Shown: positions 10,312-20,238, counted from the first letter of the stretch. The stretch: DNA of 64,000 nt from an uncultured Gammaproteobacteria bacterium (GCA_964447765.1 CAYUTO010000003.1:72919-136918); one strand, 5' to 3'. Notes: a model not told the origin generated them from the sequence alone. Made by a program: numbers and translations.

Positions 10312-11118
10312 ATGTTACCAGTAATTTTTCCTCGACATATCAGTTGGAAAGTTTTTTTTACAAATTCTGACCCATACTCTCCGTTTGGAACAAAGACGTT
10401 TTCACGCATAAAAAAAACACTCTCCATTCTTACAGATGCTGGATACGTATTCACAATCGAGGATGTAGATGAACTTTATTTAAACAAATTTATTCCACGT
10501 TACGAAGCTTTTATTTCTTCAAAAGAGCGCGGCACCATTTTCCCTATTAAAGATCGCATTAATGATGGTAAAAAACGGGGATGGCAGTATAAAGCTCTAT
10601 CACTCTATAAAAATACAGAATACCTCGGTGGATTAATTTTCTCTACAGACGCAGTCTCTAGTTTTATCTCCTCGAATTACAAAGTATTTCCTCATGAGAT
10701 TCCTGAAAAAATATCAATAGGAGTAAGCTTTGTTGCTGAAAAATATTTTAATGAGTACTCAATAAGTAATAAAATTGAATTTATCACTCACGGATTAGAT
10801 CGAAATATATATGGCTTCCATTCCAATATTGGACTTGCCTGTTACAAAGTTCAAATTGGTGGACGCCCTTTTATACCACTCAAACGAACATCCACTAATG
10901 AGCCAAACGAGATACTAGAAACACTCCCTATCTTCGAAGAAGACATGCTCGTTTTTCTTGGAGAAAAACATGAAGAATTTATTACCAAAGCCTTGCTCGT
11001 ATCAGAAAAACCTGAAGAGGAGTTACAAAAGAAATTTCCGATACTTTTTTCAAACAATTATTTTGAAACTAAAATTGTCACACATGGTGAGGTACCAATG
11101 ATTCCTGACTGGAAATAA
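10312..11118 (+). CDS. Hypothetical protein
   Basis: 268 aa ORF packed tightly after the ATP-grasp gene; no motif recognised. Confidence 0.45.
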   Translation: MLPVIFPRHISWKVFFTNSDPYSPFGTKTFSRIKKTLSILTDAGYVFTIEDVDELYLNKFIPRYEAFISSKERGTIFPIKDRINDGKKRGWQYKALSLYKNTEYLGGLIFSTDAVSSFISSNYKVFPHEIPEKISIGVSFVAEKYFNEYSISNKIEFITHGLDRNIYGFHSNIGLACYKVQIGGRPFIPLKRTSTNEPNEILETLPIFEEDMLVFLGEKHEEFITKALLVSEKPEEELQKKFPILFSNNYFETKIVTHGEVPMIPDWK

Positions 11119-11148
11119 AATAGAGGCGCATTGCAATACACCTCTATT

Positions 11149-11928
11149 TTAGATACCCCATCTCACTTTTCTCTCTTCTCTTTTTCCTTGAAAATACTCG
11201 GGCATTCCTCGTATTTCTTCTATTTCTATTCGTGGGCCGAGGAAGGAAATGCTATGTTCGATTGCTTTAATGTTGCTTTGAATATCCTGTGCCAAATCGC
11301 TATGGTGTTCTGGTTGGTTTTCGGCAAGACCTCGAAGTAATGCGAGCACTCCATTTACCTCTTCAATCATTTTGCCATAATACTCAATTTTTTCCTCATA
11401 CGTTTTTCGATCATGGGTTAATACAGCCTGCATAGCATAGCGACGGATGTCATGCTTCAAGTCTACGAGAAGTTCATTTAATTCTTGTCTATCATCATGA
11501 TCAAAATGATCGAGCACTGTTCCATGACACACAGGTCCAAAACTCCCACCCAAATCACACACCAACATATATTTTTTTCGTAAACTGGGAGTTGCTTTTT
11601 GCATGAAAAATTTATCACCCATTGTTTTTTCATGATGTTCAACCATTTCCTCAAATGCCCGCATATAGGGCCACAATTTGGTTCCGTGCTCTGCCATAGA
11701 ACGTTCCACCTCATGAAGCGTAACGTCTTCAGCCCTATAGAGACGATCAAGCTCTATCTCAAGATCCTGCTTCACCTGTCGAGGAACCAACGGAGGAATA
11801 CGTTTGAGAATTGTTTCGTAGATGGTGAGGGTATGTTGGATGATGGGTTGCATAGTGGAGATAGTATAGCATATCAAAACGACGCACGACACACACAGTA
11901 CGATAAGATACTTTTGGTCGTGTTCCAT
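11149..11928 (-). CDS. Hypothetical protein (N-terminal TM helix)
   Basis: ORF on the minus strand. Start placed at MEHDQKY to avoid overlap with the upstream gene. Confidence 0.45.
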   Translation of the reverse strand: MEHDQKYLIVLCVSCVVLICYTISTMQPIIQHTLTIYETILKRIPPLVPRQVKQDLEIELDRLYRAEDVTLHEVERSMAEHGTKLWPYMRAFEEMVEHHEKTMGDKFFMQKATPSLRKKYMLVCDLGGSFGPVCHGTVLDHFDHDDRQELNELLVDLKHDIRRYAMQAVLTHDRKTYEEKIEYYGKMIEEVNGVLALLRGLAENQPEHHSDLAQDIQSNIKAIEHSISFLGPRIEIEEIRGMPEYFQGKREERKVRWGI

Positions 11929-11950
11929 GAGTCGTGTATTGTTTTCTACT

Positions 11951-12619
11951 TTAGAAGGATAAGTTTTCTTTCCACCGTATATACAACTCTTTGGTCGCAT
12001 GCAAATCCCCTGCGCAGTATTCTGCAATTTCCTTACATTTTCCTGCCTGGAACATAGGTAATACCTCGTGACCGCTTACCCCATTTGATTTAGGTGACTT
12101 GATCCCAAATGCTTTGCAATAAAAATCAAGATTGAATTTTCGATAGGCATTATAGAAGGTCAATTGCTCGAGCAAATCTACATGTGCATCCGTGCTATAC
12201 CGATACGGTGCTAAATTTTTGGTAGGTTTTACTCCGAGCATTGCTGATCGAAGCATAAGTACGGGACAATCAAATCCACGTCCATTAAACGTCACGAATT
12301 TGTGAGAAAATGAAATTGCTTTCCAGAATTTTTCGAGAATTTCTTTTTCTGTACCACATTCATACTTAATTCCATCTTTTTCATATGATTCAACAACTTC
12401 CCCTGAGGTTTGAAAATACACCGCCCCCTTCCCACTCTCAACCGAGAGCATACCAATCGCTACAATCCTATTGGTTGGAGCCCAAAGCGCCATTTGTTGT
12501 TTTACTTTTTCTTCGTCTTCTCCATTTTCTGCAAATTTAAGCAAATAGCTTTTCTGATCACTATCCAATTCGTCAAAAGGTACTGGTATTGTTTCGATAT
12601 CGAACACTACTGTATTCAT
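11951..12619 (-). CDS. Predicted 3'-5' exonuclease, RNase H-like fold (PolB-exonuclease-like)
   Basis: MNTVVFDIETIP N-terminus (Exo I DxE motif) ... FNGRGFDCPVL. Pattern of the predicted 3'-5' exonuclease family. Confidence 0.55.
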   Translation of the reverse strand: MNTVVFDIETIPVPFDELDSDQKSYLLKFAENGEDEEKVKQQMALWAPTNRIVAIGMLSVESGKGAVYFQTSGEVVESYEKDGIKYECGTEKEILEKFWKAISFSHKFVTFNGRGFDCPVLMLRSAMLGVKPTKNLAPYRYSTDAHVDLLEQLTFYNAYRKFNLDFYCKAFGIKSPKSNGVSGHEVLPMFQAGKCKEIAEYCAGDLHATKELYIRWKENLSF

Positions 12620-12771
12620 ACAAGTATTTATTACCCCACTTAATAAAGTACTCAACACTATACGATACTAGTTGATTTTTGGCAAAAATATGCTAGCATA
12701 CATCAAGAATCCATGATTGTGATACACTAATATCTCTCATTGATCCATCCTAACTATAGTGGAAAATTACT

Positions 12772-13680
12772 ATGAAAAAAATTGCTGTTTTTTTTAAAAC
12801 TCCAGGTGCGATGGGATATCCTTTTTCCAAACCTGACTATTGGACATCATATTCTGAACTCTCACAAGAAGTTACAAACCATAGTGGACAACTGTACTTT
12901 ACTCGTGAACAACACACGTATCTTGGTAATGGATCTTTTTCACAGTCATGGATTATTGAAAATAATTCACTCGTAGAAACAGGTCCTATTACCGTTGAAG
13001 TAATCTATGACAAGGGAAGATTTGCACCCGATAACACAGTTCCTATTTTAAATCACTCAAAGATAAAAAGGATTTGCGATGATAAATGGCTTATGTACCA
13101 GCATTTTTCAGAATATTGCCCTACCACTTTTTTTGTTGAAAATGAAATGCAGATACACTCCGCACTTCCCAAACTCAAAACAGACTTACTGGTTTTCAAA
13201 CCCTTCTCAGGAAGCGAAGGCACAGGTGTAACGATTGAAAAAAAAGAATTTTTTATGAGTAACCTCGATACATTACAGTACCCAGGAGTTTTTTCAGAGT
13301 TTATAGATACTTCTATCGGGGTTCCACATATTGTAGAAGGGCTCCACGATCTTCGATTAGCAATTTTTGATGGTGATATTTTGTATTCTTATTTCCGCAC
13401 ACCCCCTCAAGGTAGTTTCTTAGCCAATGTTTCCAAAGGTGGTAAATTTGAAATGGTTGACCCGAACAACTTACCAAAAGAAATCTTAGCTATTGCAAAA
13501 AAAATTGACTCAGAGTTTTCTGAATGTGGACATCGATTCTACAGCATTGATTTTGGGTATACCATAGATGGACCGAAAATTATTGAAATGAATTCAGAGC
13601 TCGGCTTATTACCAAACAAAGAACATCCGATCTTTATCACACTCAAAGAAAAATTAGCTCAGGCTTTTATAGATATGTAA
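12772..13680 (+). CDS. ATP-grasp domain protein (RimK-like)
   Basis: LLVFKPFSGSEGTGV ... DLRLAIFDGDILYSYFRTPPQGSFLANVSKGGKFEMV. Typical ATP-grasp C-terminal half. Confidence 0.55.
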   Translation: MKKIAVFFKTPGAMGYPFSKPDYWTSYSELSQEVTNHSGQLYFTREQHTYLGNGSFSQSWIIENNSLVETGPITVEVIYDKGRFAPDNTVPILNHSKIKRICDDKWLMYQHFSEYCPTTFFVENEMQIHSALPKLKTDLLVFKPFSGSEGTGVTIEKKEFFMSNLDTLQYPGVFSEFIDTSIGVPHIVEGLHDLRLAIFDGDILYSYFRTPPQGSFLANVSKGGKFEMVDPNNLPKEILAIAKKIDSEFSECGHRFYSIDFGYTIDGPKIIEMNSELGLLPNKEHPIFITLKEKLAQAFIDM

Positions 13681-13692
13681 GAATCTCAAACA

Positions 13693-14166
13693 TTAGTTAT
13701 ATAGCAAGTGACCAATGTAGTACATTCCAATTCCAGCAGCCACAGACACATTGAGGCTTTCCTTCATCCCACGCATAGGAATATGTGTGACAATATCACT
13801 CTTCAGAAGATTTTTCTTATCAATCCCCTCAACTTCATTTCCTACGATTAAGGCTATTTTTGTTCCAAGCATTTTTTTGGTGAGTGTACCTAATTCTACA
13901 CTGTCCTTTGCTTTTTCCAAGGCAACGATTGTATATCCTTCTTTTTTTAAACTTGAAATAAGCCGAGCTAGGCTTTTCTTCTGCTCCCAGGGCACTGTTT
14001 TTTCAGCCCCCAGAGCTACTTTATCTATTTCAGGTCGTGGAGGTACCGGTGTGTAGCCTACGAGATAGATTTTATTAAATCCACACGCATCCGCTGTTCG
14101 GAACATTGCACCCACATTGTGACATGAGCGGATATTTGGAAGTATGAGAGCGAGTTCTGGTTTCAT
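13693..14166 (-). CDS. SpoU/TrmL-family RNA 2'-O-methyltransferase (SPOUT)
   Basis: 157 aa. LILPNIRSCHNVGAMFRTADACG ... IVGNEVEGI ... IPMRGMKESLNVSVAAGI are SPOUT motifs; size fits TrmL. Confidence 0.75.
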   Translation of the reverse strand: MKPELALILPNIRSCHNVGAMFRTADACGFNKIYLVGYTPVPPRPEIDKVALGAEKTVPWEQKKSLARLISSLKKEGYTIVALEKAKDSVELGTLTKKMLGTKIALIVGNEVEGIDKKNLLKSDIVTHIPMRGMKESLNVSVAAGIGMYYIGHLLYN

Positions 14167-14184
14167 AGTACCTAAGCATAGCGA

Positions 14185-14216
14185 AAATAAGACTGGATTT
14201 CAACCAGTCTTATTTT
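14185..14216. terminator. Hairpin terminator
   Basis: aaaataagactgg-atttcaa-ccagtcttatttt; perfect stem flanked by A/T runs. Confidence 0.55.
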
Positions 14217-14219
14217 CTA

Positions 14220-15155
14220 TTAATTTTGAGGACGTTCTTGAAGTGGGAGTAATGGACGAACCTGTTTTTGTCTCTCACCTGTAGATGTTGCCGATTTCTC
14301 TCGCTGACGTTCTAATATTTCTTCTTGTCTTATACGCTCAAGCTTACGCTCGGCAGCCGGGGTAGTACTAGCTTTTTCTTCAACATTAAGTTTGATTTCC
14401 GCTGCACGCTCTTCACGAATGGTTTGCAATTCTTCTTTTGCAGACTCATCGCCGGATTTTATCCGATCAAGAAGTTCTTTTTGTTCATCACGGAATTCTT
14501 TGACCTCTTCTTGATGCTCTTCAATTCTAGCTTTTACACTTTCTAAATGAGCACGTACTTCTTCGGGAATATTACTATTTTCAAGCGCATTCATCAGAGA
14601 TCGACTCTTCTCACTTGCTTGTGTGCGCACATTTTCTAAACGCTCAAGCTGTTCGGGAGTAAGTTTTTCTTCTAATTTTAGAAATACCTCTTCTTTGCGT
14701 TCTTTAAAGTTTAACAAATTTTTTAGCAATAGTTGCGCTCGAGCATCTGGATTGTCTATGAGCGTATCTTTTACTTTATCCGCCTGATCTTCGAGACTCG
14801 CTGCGCGCTCAAGTATCTTATTGATACGCTCTTGTACTTGTGGATCATCAGTCTTATCTGCCAATCTCTCGGCAATTTCTGTTCGCTCTTCAGCGAATTG
14901 TAATGCTTTTTCTGCTTTCTTTACTGGGTCGAATGTGGTGAGTAGCACGAATCGTTCTCTCACCCCTAGAAAAAACATTTTCCAGCCGCTCGACTCATCA
15001 GATGTATTCACTTCCCCACTGGTAGTGGGGTCAAGAGCTACATCTACTGAAACTTCGGCTGAAGTTTGTACTGCTTCAGCATTCACTACTCTAGGAACAC
15101 TTGAGAAAATGAGCCCAAGTGATAAAAATAGCGCGATAGATACTTTTTTATACAT
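14220..15155 (-). CDS. Secreted coiled-coil protein (signal peptide, E/K/R-rich)
   Basis: N-terminal signal peptide (MYKKVSIALFLSLGLIFSSVPRVVNA) followed by ~280 aa of charged heptad-like sequence. Confidence 0.5.
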   Translation of the reverse strand: MYKKVSIALFLSLGLIFSSVPRVVNAEAVQTSAEVSVDVALDPTTSGEVNTSDESSGWKMFFLGVRERFVLLTTFDPVKKAEKALQFAEERTEIAERLADKTDDPQVQERINKILERAASLEDQADKVKDTLIDNPDARAQLLLKNLLNFKERKEEVFLKLEEKLTPEQLERLENVRTQASEKSRSLMNALENSNIPEEVRAHLESVKARIEEHQEEVKEFRDEQKELLDRIKSGDESAKEELQTIREERAAEIKLNVEEKASTTPAAERKLERIRQEEILERQREKSATSTGERQKQVRPLLPLQERPQN

Positions 15156-15491
15156 ATTTTTTAAAATGTGGGTATCGAAAACAGCCCGGGTGGGCTGTTT
15201 CCACTTGTCAGCTTAATGTAAGACGAGGAACAAAGATAAATACTGCACTTGCAATCATTATCCCTGCTGCTAAATAATAATATACCAAAGAAAACTCAGA
15301 CTTAATGGCGTCTGTGGCCAAATATTTTGGTTGCATATTTTGTTTATTTGTTTTTGTATATTGTATGTTGCAACGTTATATACTATACCACAAAAAACAC
15401 GTTTTGTCAACCCCGTTTTTTCGACATTTTACTAGAAAAATTGTTTTTTTCTGTTATACTATGTTGTGCGACACAAAAAAATATTCAATTT

Positions 15492-16496
15492 ATGCAAACG
15501 CTCACCAAATACAAAACTGATTTCCTCGAACACCTCGAAATTGAAAAAAATCGAAGTGACAAGACTACCAAAAACTATGATTTTTATCTTCGTCGCTTTG
15601 TCGAATGGTTTGGGGAAGACAAAACACCAGAAGCAATTACTTTCGAAGACATTCGTCAGTATCGCCTTTGGCTCAATCGCCTGATTGATGTCCATGGAGA
15701 GCCCTTGAAGAAGAATACTCAGAACTACCATTTGATTGCGCTCCGCACTTTTCTCAAGTATCTTGCCAAACGAGATATCAAAACGTTATCGGCCGAAAAA
15801 ATCGAACTCATGAAGATGCCTGATCGTGAAGTTTCATTTCTTGATGGGAGTGATCTCAACCGTATTCTTGAAGCTCCGCTCAAACATATTAATACAAAAA
15901 AATTGGAAGCTGAAGGAAGTAAGATTGTAGCTGGACCAACACTCTTGATTGCGTACCGAGACAAATCTATCCTTGAGTTGCTTTTTTCTACTGGTCTTCG
16001 TGTGTCAGAATTAGTCAAACTCAAAAAAGATGATGTGAATTTGAAACGAGATGAATTTACGGTTGTTGGTAAAGGACGAAAAGCCAGGGTCGTCTTCCTC
16101 TCAGAACAAGCAAAATACTTTCTCAAAAAATATTTGGATCTACGAAATGATATTCACCCCTACCTCTTTGTTTCGCACGACAAACGAACCAAAAAACATG
16201 AGATAGCAAAAAATGCTTCAAAAGATACTCCTGATGAACCCCTAACCCCTCGTTCCGTACAACGCCTGGTCCAAAAACATGCCCGTGAAGCCGGTATTAC
16301 CAAAATTGTGACTCCACATACCTTACGACACTCGTATGCCACTGATTTGCTCCAAAATGGGGCGGATATTCGCAGTGTACAGTCCATGCTTGGGCACGCA
16401 TCAATCACTACTACTCAAATCTATACCCATATTACTGACAAAGAATTATTGAATATTCATAAAAAATTTCATGGGAAGAAAAGAAATGATGATTGA
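15492..16496 (+). CDS. Tyrosine site-specific recombinase (XerC/XerD-like integrase)
   Basis: C-terminal catalytic box LRHSYATDLLQNGADIRSVQSMLGHASITTTQIYTHI (R..HxxR..Y). Start at ATG 15492. Confidence 0.85.
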   Translation: MQTLTKYKTDFLEHLEIEKNRSDKTTKNYDFYLRRFVEWFGEDKTPEAITFEDIRQYRLWLNRLIDVHGEPLKKNTQNYHLIALRTFLKYLAKRDIKTLSAEKIELMKMPDREVSFLDGSDLNRILEAPLKHINTKKLEAEGSKIVAGPTLLIAYRDKSILELLFSTGLRVSELVKLKKDDVNLKRDEFTVVGKGRKARVVFLSEQAKYFLKKYLDLRNDIHPYLFVSHDKRTKKHEIAKNASKDTPDEPLTPRSVQRLVQKHAREAGITKIVTPHTLRHSYATDLLQNGADIRSVQSMLGHASITTTQIYTHITDKELLNIHKKFHGKKRNDD

Positions 16497-16502
16497 CAAA
16501 AA

Positions 16503-16587
16503 GAGTCAAAAGTCGTAAAGTGGAAAGTCGAAAGTCTAATTTTGTATTCTCTTTATGACTTTACGGACTTTATAGACTTTCGACTCA
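16503..16587. repeat. Intergenic palindromic repeat, family R1 (gtcgaaagtc/gactttcgac words)
   Basis: agtcaaaagtcgtaaagtggaaagtcgaaagtc ... atgactttacggactttatagactttcgactc; imperfect ~35-bp inverted arms. Confidence 0.7.
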
Positions 16588-16590
16588 TAC

Positions 16591-16662
16591 GGGCCTATAG
16601 TTCAATGGATAGAACACCAGCCTTCTAAGCTGGTTATGCAGGTTCGATTCCTGCTGGGCCCA
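16591..16662 (+). tRNA. tRNA-Arg (anticodon TCT)
   Basis: Cloverleaf read manually: acceptor gggccta/tgggccc, D-arm gttc...gaac, anticodon stem ccagc/gctgg with loop cttctaa, T-arm gcagg-ttcgatt-cctgc. No encoded CCA. Confidence 0.85.
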
Positions 16663-16667
16663 CACAT

Positions 16668-16701
16668 GAAAACCGTCCTCCGACTCTGAGGGCGGTTTTT
16701 T
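16668..16701 (+). terminator. Rho-independent terminator after tRNA-Arg
   Basis: aaccgtcctccgactctgagggcggtttttt; GC stem then a T-tract. Confidence 0.55.
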
Positions 16702-16768
16702 ATACCAAACTCTTGCATTTGTAGCGACTTTACGCAATACTACTAGCATAATTCTTATACTACACAAT

Positions 16769-17503
16769 ATGTGGGTACTCGTAGGAATCGTACTGTTCAT
16801 CATATTTATCAGTGTCCGACAGGTGAACCAGTACCAGAGAGGTGTGAAGTTTCAACTCGGTAAATATGTAAAGATTGTTGAACCAGGATGGAGATTGGTA
16901 TTCCCGATTATTCAGAGTATGCAAAAAGTGGATATCCGTACCAAGGCAGTTGATGTACCTTATCAGGAAGCAATTACCAAAGATAACGTATCTGCAAAAA
17001 TTAATGCGGTAATCTACTATCGAGTTTCTGATGCAGCAAAAGCAATACTCGAAGTAGAAAACTTCTGGTTTGCCGTTTCCCAACTTGCACAAACTACCAT
17101 GCGAAATGTGGTAGGACAACTCGAGCTCGATGAACTTCTTGCTCGCCGTGAAGAAGCTGCAAAAAGAATCCGAGAAATTATTGACGTTGCTTCTGACCCT
17201 TGGGGAATTAAAGTTGAAAGTGTGGAATTGAAAGACGTCACACTCCCCGATGACATGCAGCGAGTAATTGCAAAACAAGCTGAAGCTGAACGTGAAAAGC
17301 GAGCAGTGATTATCAAAGCAGAAGGAGAAATCGCAGCCGCAACAAACATTGCAAAAGCTGCTGACATGCTTTCAGGTAGCCCTGGAGCACTCCACCTCCG
17401 TACCCTAAGTACTATCAATGATGTAAGTAGTGACCAATCAAATACGATCATTTTTGCAGTACCTCTCGAAATATTGCGTTCATTTGAACGTTCAAACCAA
17501 TAA
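16769..17503 (+). CDS. SPFH/band-7 (stomatin/prohibitin-like) membrane protein
   Basis: N-terminal TM, then RQVNQYQRGVKFQLGKY ... INAVIYYRV ... coiled-coil tail; classic SPFH pattern. Confidence 0.85.
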   Translation: MWVLVGIVLFIIFISVRQVNQYQRGVKFQLGKYVKIVEPGWRLVFPIIQSMQKVDIRTKAVDVPYQEAITKDNVSAKINAVIYYRVSDAAKAILEVENFWFAVSQLAQTTMRNVVGQLELDELLARREEAAKRIREIIDVASDPWGIKVESVELKDVTLPDDMQRVIAKQAEAEREKRAVIIKAEGEIAAATNIAKAADMLSGSPGALHLRTLSTINDVSSDQSNTIIFAVPLEILRSFERSNQ

Positions 17504-17522
17504 TATTCGATATCTATATCAT

Positions 17523-17549
17523 AAAAGCCCCTATTACAGGGGCTTTTAT
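17523..17549. terminator. Hairpin terminator
   Basis: aaaagcccctattacaggggctttt. Confidence 0.65.
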
Positions 17550-17640
17550 GATATAGTATGGGTTGACAAAAAACACACGCACAAGTATACTGTGCTTCAC
17601 ATTACGTACAACAAATAATTGATGCAGAGGTCAGGTTTGG

Positions 17641-17715
17641 GGTGGCTATGGTGTAGTGGTAACACAGAGGTTTGTGGTACCTTTATCACGGGTTCGATCC
17701 CCGTTAGCCACCCCA
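17641..17715 (+). tRNA. tRNA-His (anticodon GTG) with G-1 and encoded CCA
   Basis: Acceptor gtggcta/tagccac preceded by an extra G (G-1). Discriminator C followed by an encoded CCA. Anticodon loop ttGTGgt, T-arm acggg-ttcgatc-cccgt. Confidence 0.8.
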
Positions 17716-17744
17716 AAAAGGATCTCTCAAATAAAACGTCTGTA

Positions 17745-17764
17745 CAGGCGTTTTATTGTACACA
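17745..17764 (+). terminator. Rho-independent terminator after tRNA-His
   Basis: aacgtctgtacaggcgtttt. Confidence 0.55.
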
Positions 17765-17796
17765 AAACTCGGGTATACTAGTGACGCATATCTACT

Positions 17797-18918
17797 ATGA
17801 TCCACACACATAAAAAAATACTTATTGTTTCCCTTTCGGCAGGGTCAGGTCATATCCAGACTGCTAAAGCGCTTGAAAAAGCTGCTAAACTTGATTTTCC
17901 CGAACTTGAGTGTAGGCACATCGACATTGCTGACTATATTACCCCCTTGCTCAAAAAAACTACGGTTGAAGGATATGATTTTCTCGTATCCCATCTTCCC
18001 AAAGTCTGGTCTGGATTATTCCGAATCTCTGATAATAAGGTATTTATAAAAACATATCATGCTCTTACTGATTACCTAAAAATGCTTAGTTCATTTGAAT
18101 TTCTTCAGGAAGTCGAAAATTTTGCACCCGACCACATTATCACCACTCATTTTTTACCTTCGGAAATTTTGGCACACGCCATGAAAAAACGCAGCAAAGC
18201 TGTTCCTATTACTCAAATAGTTACCGACTACGGTCTACACCCTATGATCGTGATTAATGGAGTAACAAATTATGTAGTGAGCACACCCGAGATGAAAGAG
18301 GAATTAATTCACACGCACAAAATCCCCTCTACCCGTATTCATGAATTTGGTATTCCGATTGACCCTGCTTTTTATCACACACCATCACTCGAAGAAGCAC
18401 GAGTGAAACTGAAACTACCCGAAGACAAACCTTTGGTTTTATTACTTTCTGGTGGAAGTGGAATGATTGAACTTGCCGATACTATCGAAGAATTATTTGC
18501 ACACTTACAGCTACCTACCGCTATAGTTGCAGTAACGGGGAAAAATAAAAAAATGCTTACTCGTATTTCGAAGCTCAGTCCACCAGCACACATTACCTAC
18601 ATCCCACTCGGCTGGACTGATGATATTTCTTCGCTTATGAAATTAGCTTCAGTTGTCGTAAGCAAACCAGGAGGACTCACGACTACCGAATGCACTGTGT
18701 CTCAGGTTCCTCTTATTGCCATTCATCCGATTCCTGGTCAGGAAGAATTTAATGTAGAATATTTGAAAAAAAATCATCTCGGTGACCACGCTCCAACTAC
18801 CAGAGACGTATTACCGCTTGTAACCCACTACCTCTCACAAAAGACTACAAAAAAAGACTACACACGGGTGCAGTCTGGTACACAATTACTAGAATTTATT
18901 TCACAATTGAAAACTTAG
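17797..18918 (+). CDS. GT28-family glycosyltransferase (MGDG synthase/MurG-like)
   Basis: N-terminal KILIVSLSAGSGHIQTAKAL (MGDG synthase/UgtP-like G-loop). C-terminal PGGLTTTE ... glycosyltransferase family 28 C-terminal pattern. Confidence 0.7.
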   Translation: MIHTHKKILIVSLSAGSGHIQTAKALEKAAKLDFPELECRHIDIADYITPLLKKTTVEGYDFLVSHLPKVWSGLFRISDNKVFIKTYHALTDYLKMLSSFEFLQEVENFAPDHIITTHFLPSEILAHAMKKRSKAVPITQIVTDYGLHPMIVINGVTNYVVSTPEMKEELIHTHKIPSTRIHEFGIPIDPAFYHTPSLEEARVKLKLPEDKPLVLLLSGGSGMIELADTIEELFAHLQLPTAIVAVTGKNKKMLTRISKLSPPAHITYIPLGWTDDISSLMKLASVVVSKPGGLTTTECTVSQVPLIAIHPIPGQEEFNVEYLKKNHLGDHAPTTRDVLPLVTHYLSQKTTKKDYTRVQSGTQLLEFISQLKT

Positions 18919-19388
18919 AATTCATCAGGATATGAATCATTATATCCAGGTGTTATCGGATTATTGATACTCCCATACAAACCCATATATATAAAGTAGG
19001 TGATACTATAAGCACCCAGTATTACCGCGGTTCCTGTTACACAATACATTAAAATTTTCTTTCCCGTCTCGATTTTTTCTTCATTACCACTGGAGGTCAT
19101 GATGACAAATCCTGCATACAAGGCCAAAGCAACAGCAATGATGCCCATTACACCCAAAAATGTTTTGATCAGTTTTGCCACGATTATTCGAGGGTCACTG
19201 TGTGTTAATTTGGCCCCCTTATCACCACCAAATGCATTGAGTTGTGCTTCCATTTCTGAACCTTGAAATTGCCCTGGTGTTTGAGTTGATGGGCTCGTAG
19301 CAAACACTATACTAGGCATACTTGAAAAAAGTATTCCGAGTAAGAATGTAGCACCTACGATCAATTTTTTTATTTTTTTCATATTCAA
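18915..19388 (-). CDS. T4SS-pilin-like (VirB2/TrbC-type) small secreted membrane protein, paralog 1 of 11
   Basis: Signal peptide, then two hydrophobic helices around a polar turn: IIAVALALYAGFVIMTSSGNEEKIETGKKILMYCVTGTAVILGAYSIT. Confidence 0.7.
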   Translation of the reverse strand: MNMKKIKKLIVGATFLLGILFSSMPSIVFATSPSTQTPGQFQGSEMEAQLNAFGGDKGAKLTHSDPRIIVAKLIKTFLGVMGIIAVALALYAGFVIMTSSGNEEKIETGKKILMYCVTGTAVILGAYSITYFIYMGLYGSINNPITPGYNDSYPDEF

Positions 19389-19397
19389 GCTTCAAAT

Positions 19398-19811
19398 TTA
19401 TTGTTGACCTATCGTTTCTGCAAGAATTCGGCTTGTTACAAAACTGGTGATGCTATATGCAGATAAAATAATAATAAGCCCAACAACTGCATAACCGATG
19501 ATTTTTTTTGCTTTTGATAGATTTTCTTCGTTACCCGCAGCTGTAAAAATCAGAAAGCCGGCATAGACCACCAACACCACAAACATAATTCCTAACAAGG
19601 ACAATACCAACTGGATTCCTTTGGCAACGGTAATACGAATATCTTGCGCTTCGGTACCATATCCTGCAGCTTGAGATCCAGCATTGAGCTGCCCCATGAT
19701 GTCTGGACCAGTAGTTGTTGCTAGAGCTCCTGCTGGCGAAAAAACAAATACTCCAAACATTAGGAATGAAGTAAAAAGTACACGCACAGCTAGTGCTTTC
19801 ATTTTTTGCAT
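19398..19811 (-). CDS. T4SS-pilin-like protein, paralog 2
   Basis: LSLLGIMFVVLVVYAGFLIFTAAGNEENLSKAKKIIGYAVVGLIIILSAYSIT; same architecture. Confidence 0.7.
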   Translation of the reverse strand: MQKMKALAVRVLFTSFLMFGVFVFSPAGALATTTGPDIMGQLNAGSQAAGYGTEAQDIRITVAKGIQLVLSLLGIMFVVLVVYAGFLIFTAAGNEENLSKAKKIIGYAVVGLIIILSAYSITSFVTSRILAETIGQQ

Positions 19812-19815
19812 ATTT

Positions 19816-20238
19816 TTATGGTGTGGCGGCAGGAGTCGGAGTAGTTGGAGTACTTACTGATCCTTCCAATACTCGTGGAACTACAAATCTGGTAATACTA
19901 TAAGCTGCCATGAGAATGATGAGTCCTATTACTGCTCGACCTATAATATTTTTCGCCTTAGTAACTTGCTCGTCTTCTCCTAGTGCCATCATCCAAAGGT
20001 AGCCAGCGTATACGATGAGTACGGTGAATAGTACTCCTAATACTGAAAATAATACGGTGATCAGTCTTCCAATATTTTCTGCTAATGTTGTCTCTGTTGC
20101 TTTTACAAACCCTGCTTGCGTTCCTGCTTTATGCACATCATCAATACCTAGATTTTGAGTATAGACAGTAGTACTTAATAGACCAGAAAATAGAAACGCG
20201 GCTAACAAAAAAATTTTAACAGTTTGTAGTTTTTTCAT
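19816..20238 (-). CDS. T4SS-pilin-like protein, paralog 3 (C-terminal T/P-rich tail)
   Basis: Start at MKKLQTVK. VLFTVLIVYAGYLWMMALGEDEQVTKAKNIIGRAVIGLIILMAAYSIT ... TPTTPTPAATP. Confidence 0.65.
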   Translation of the reverse strand: MKKLQTVKIFLLAAFLFSGLLSTTVYTQNLGIDDVHKAGTQAGFVKATETTLAENIGRLITVLFSVLGVLFTVLIVYAGYLWMMALGEDEQVTKAKNIIGRAVIGLIILMAAYSITRFVVPRVLEGSVSTPTTPTPAATP

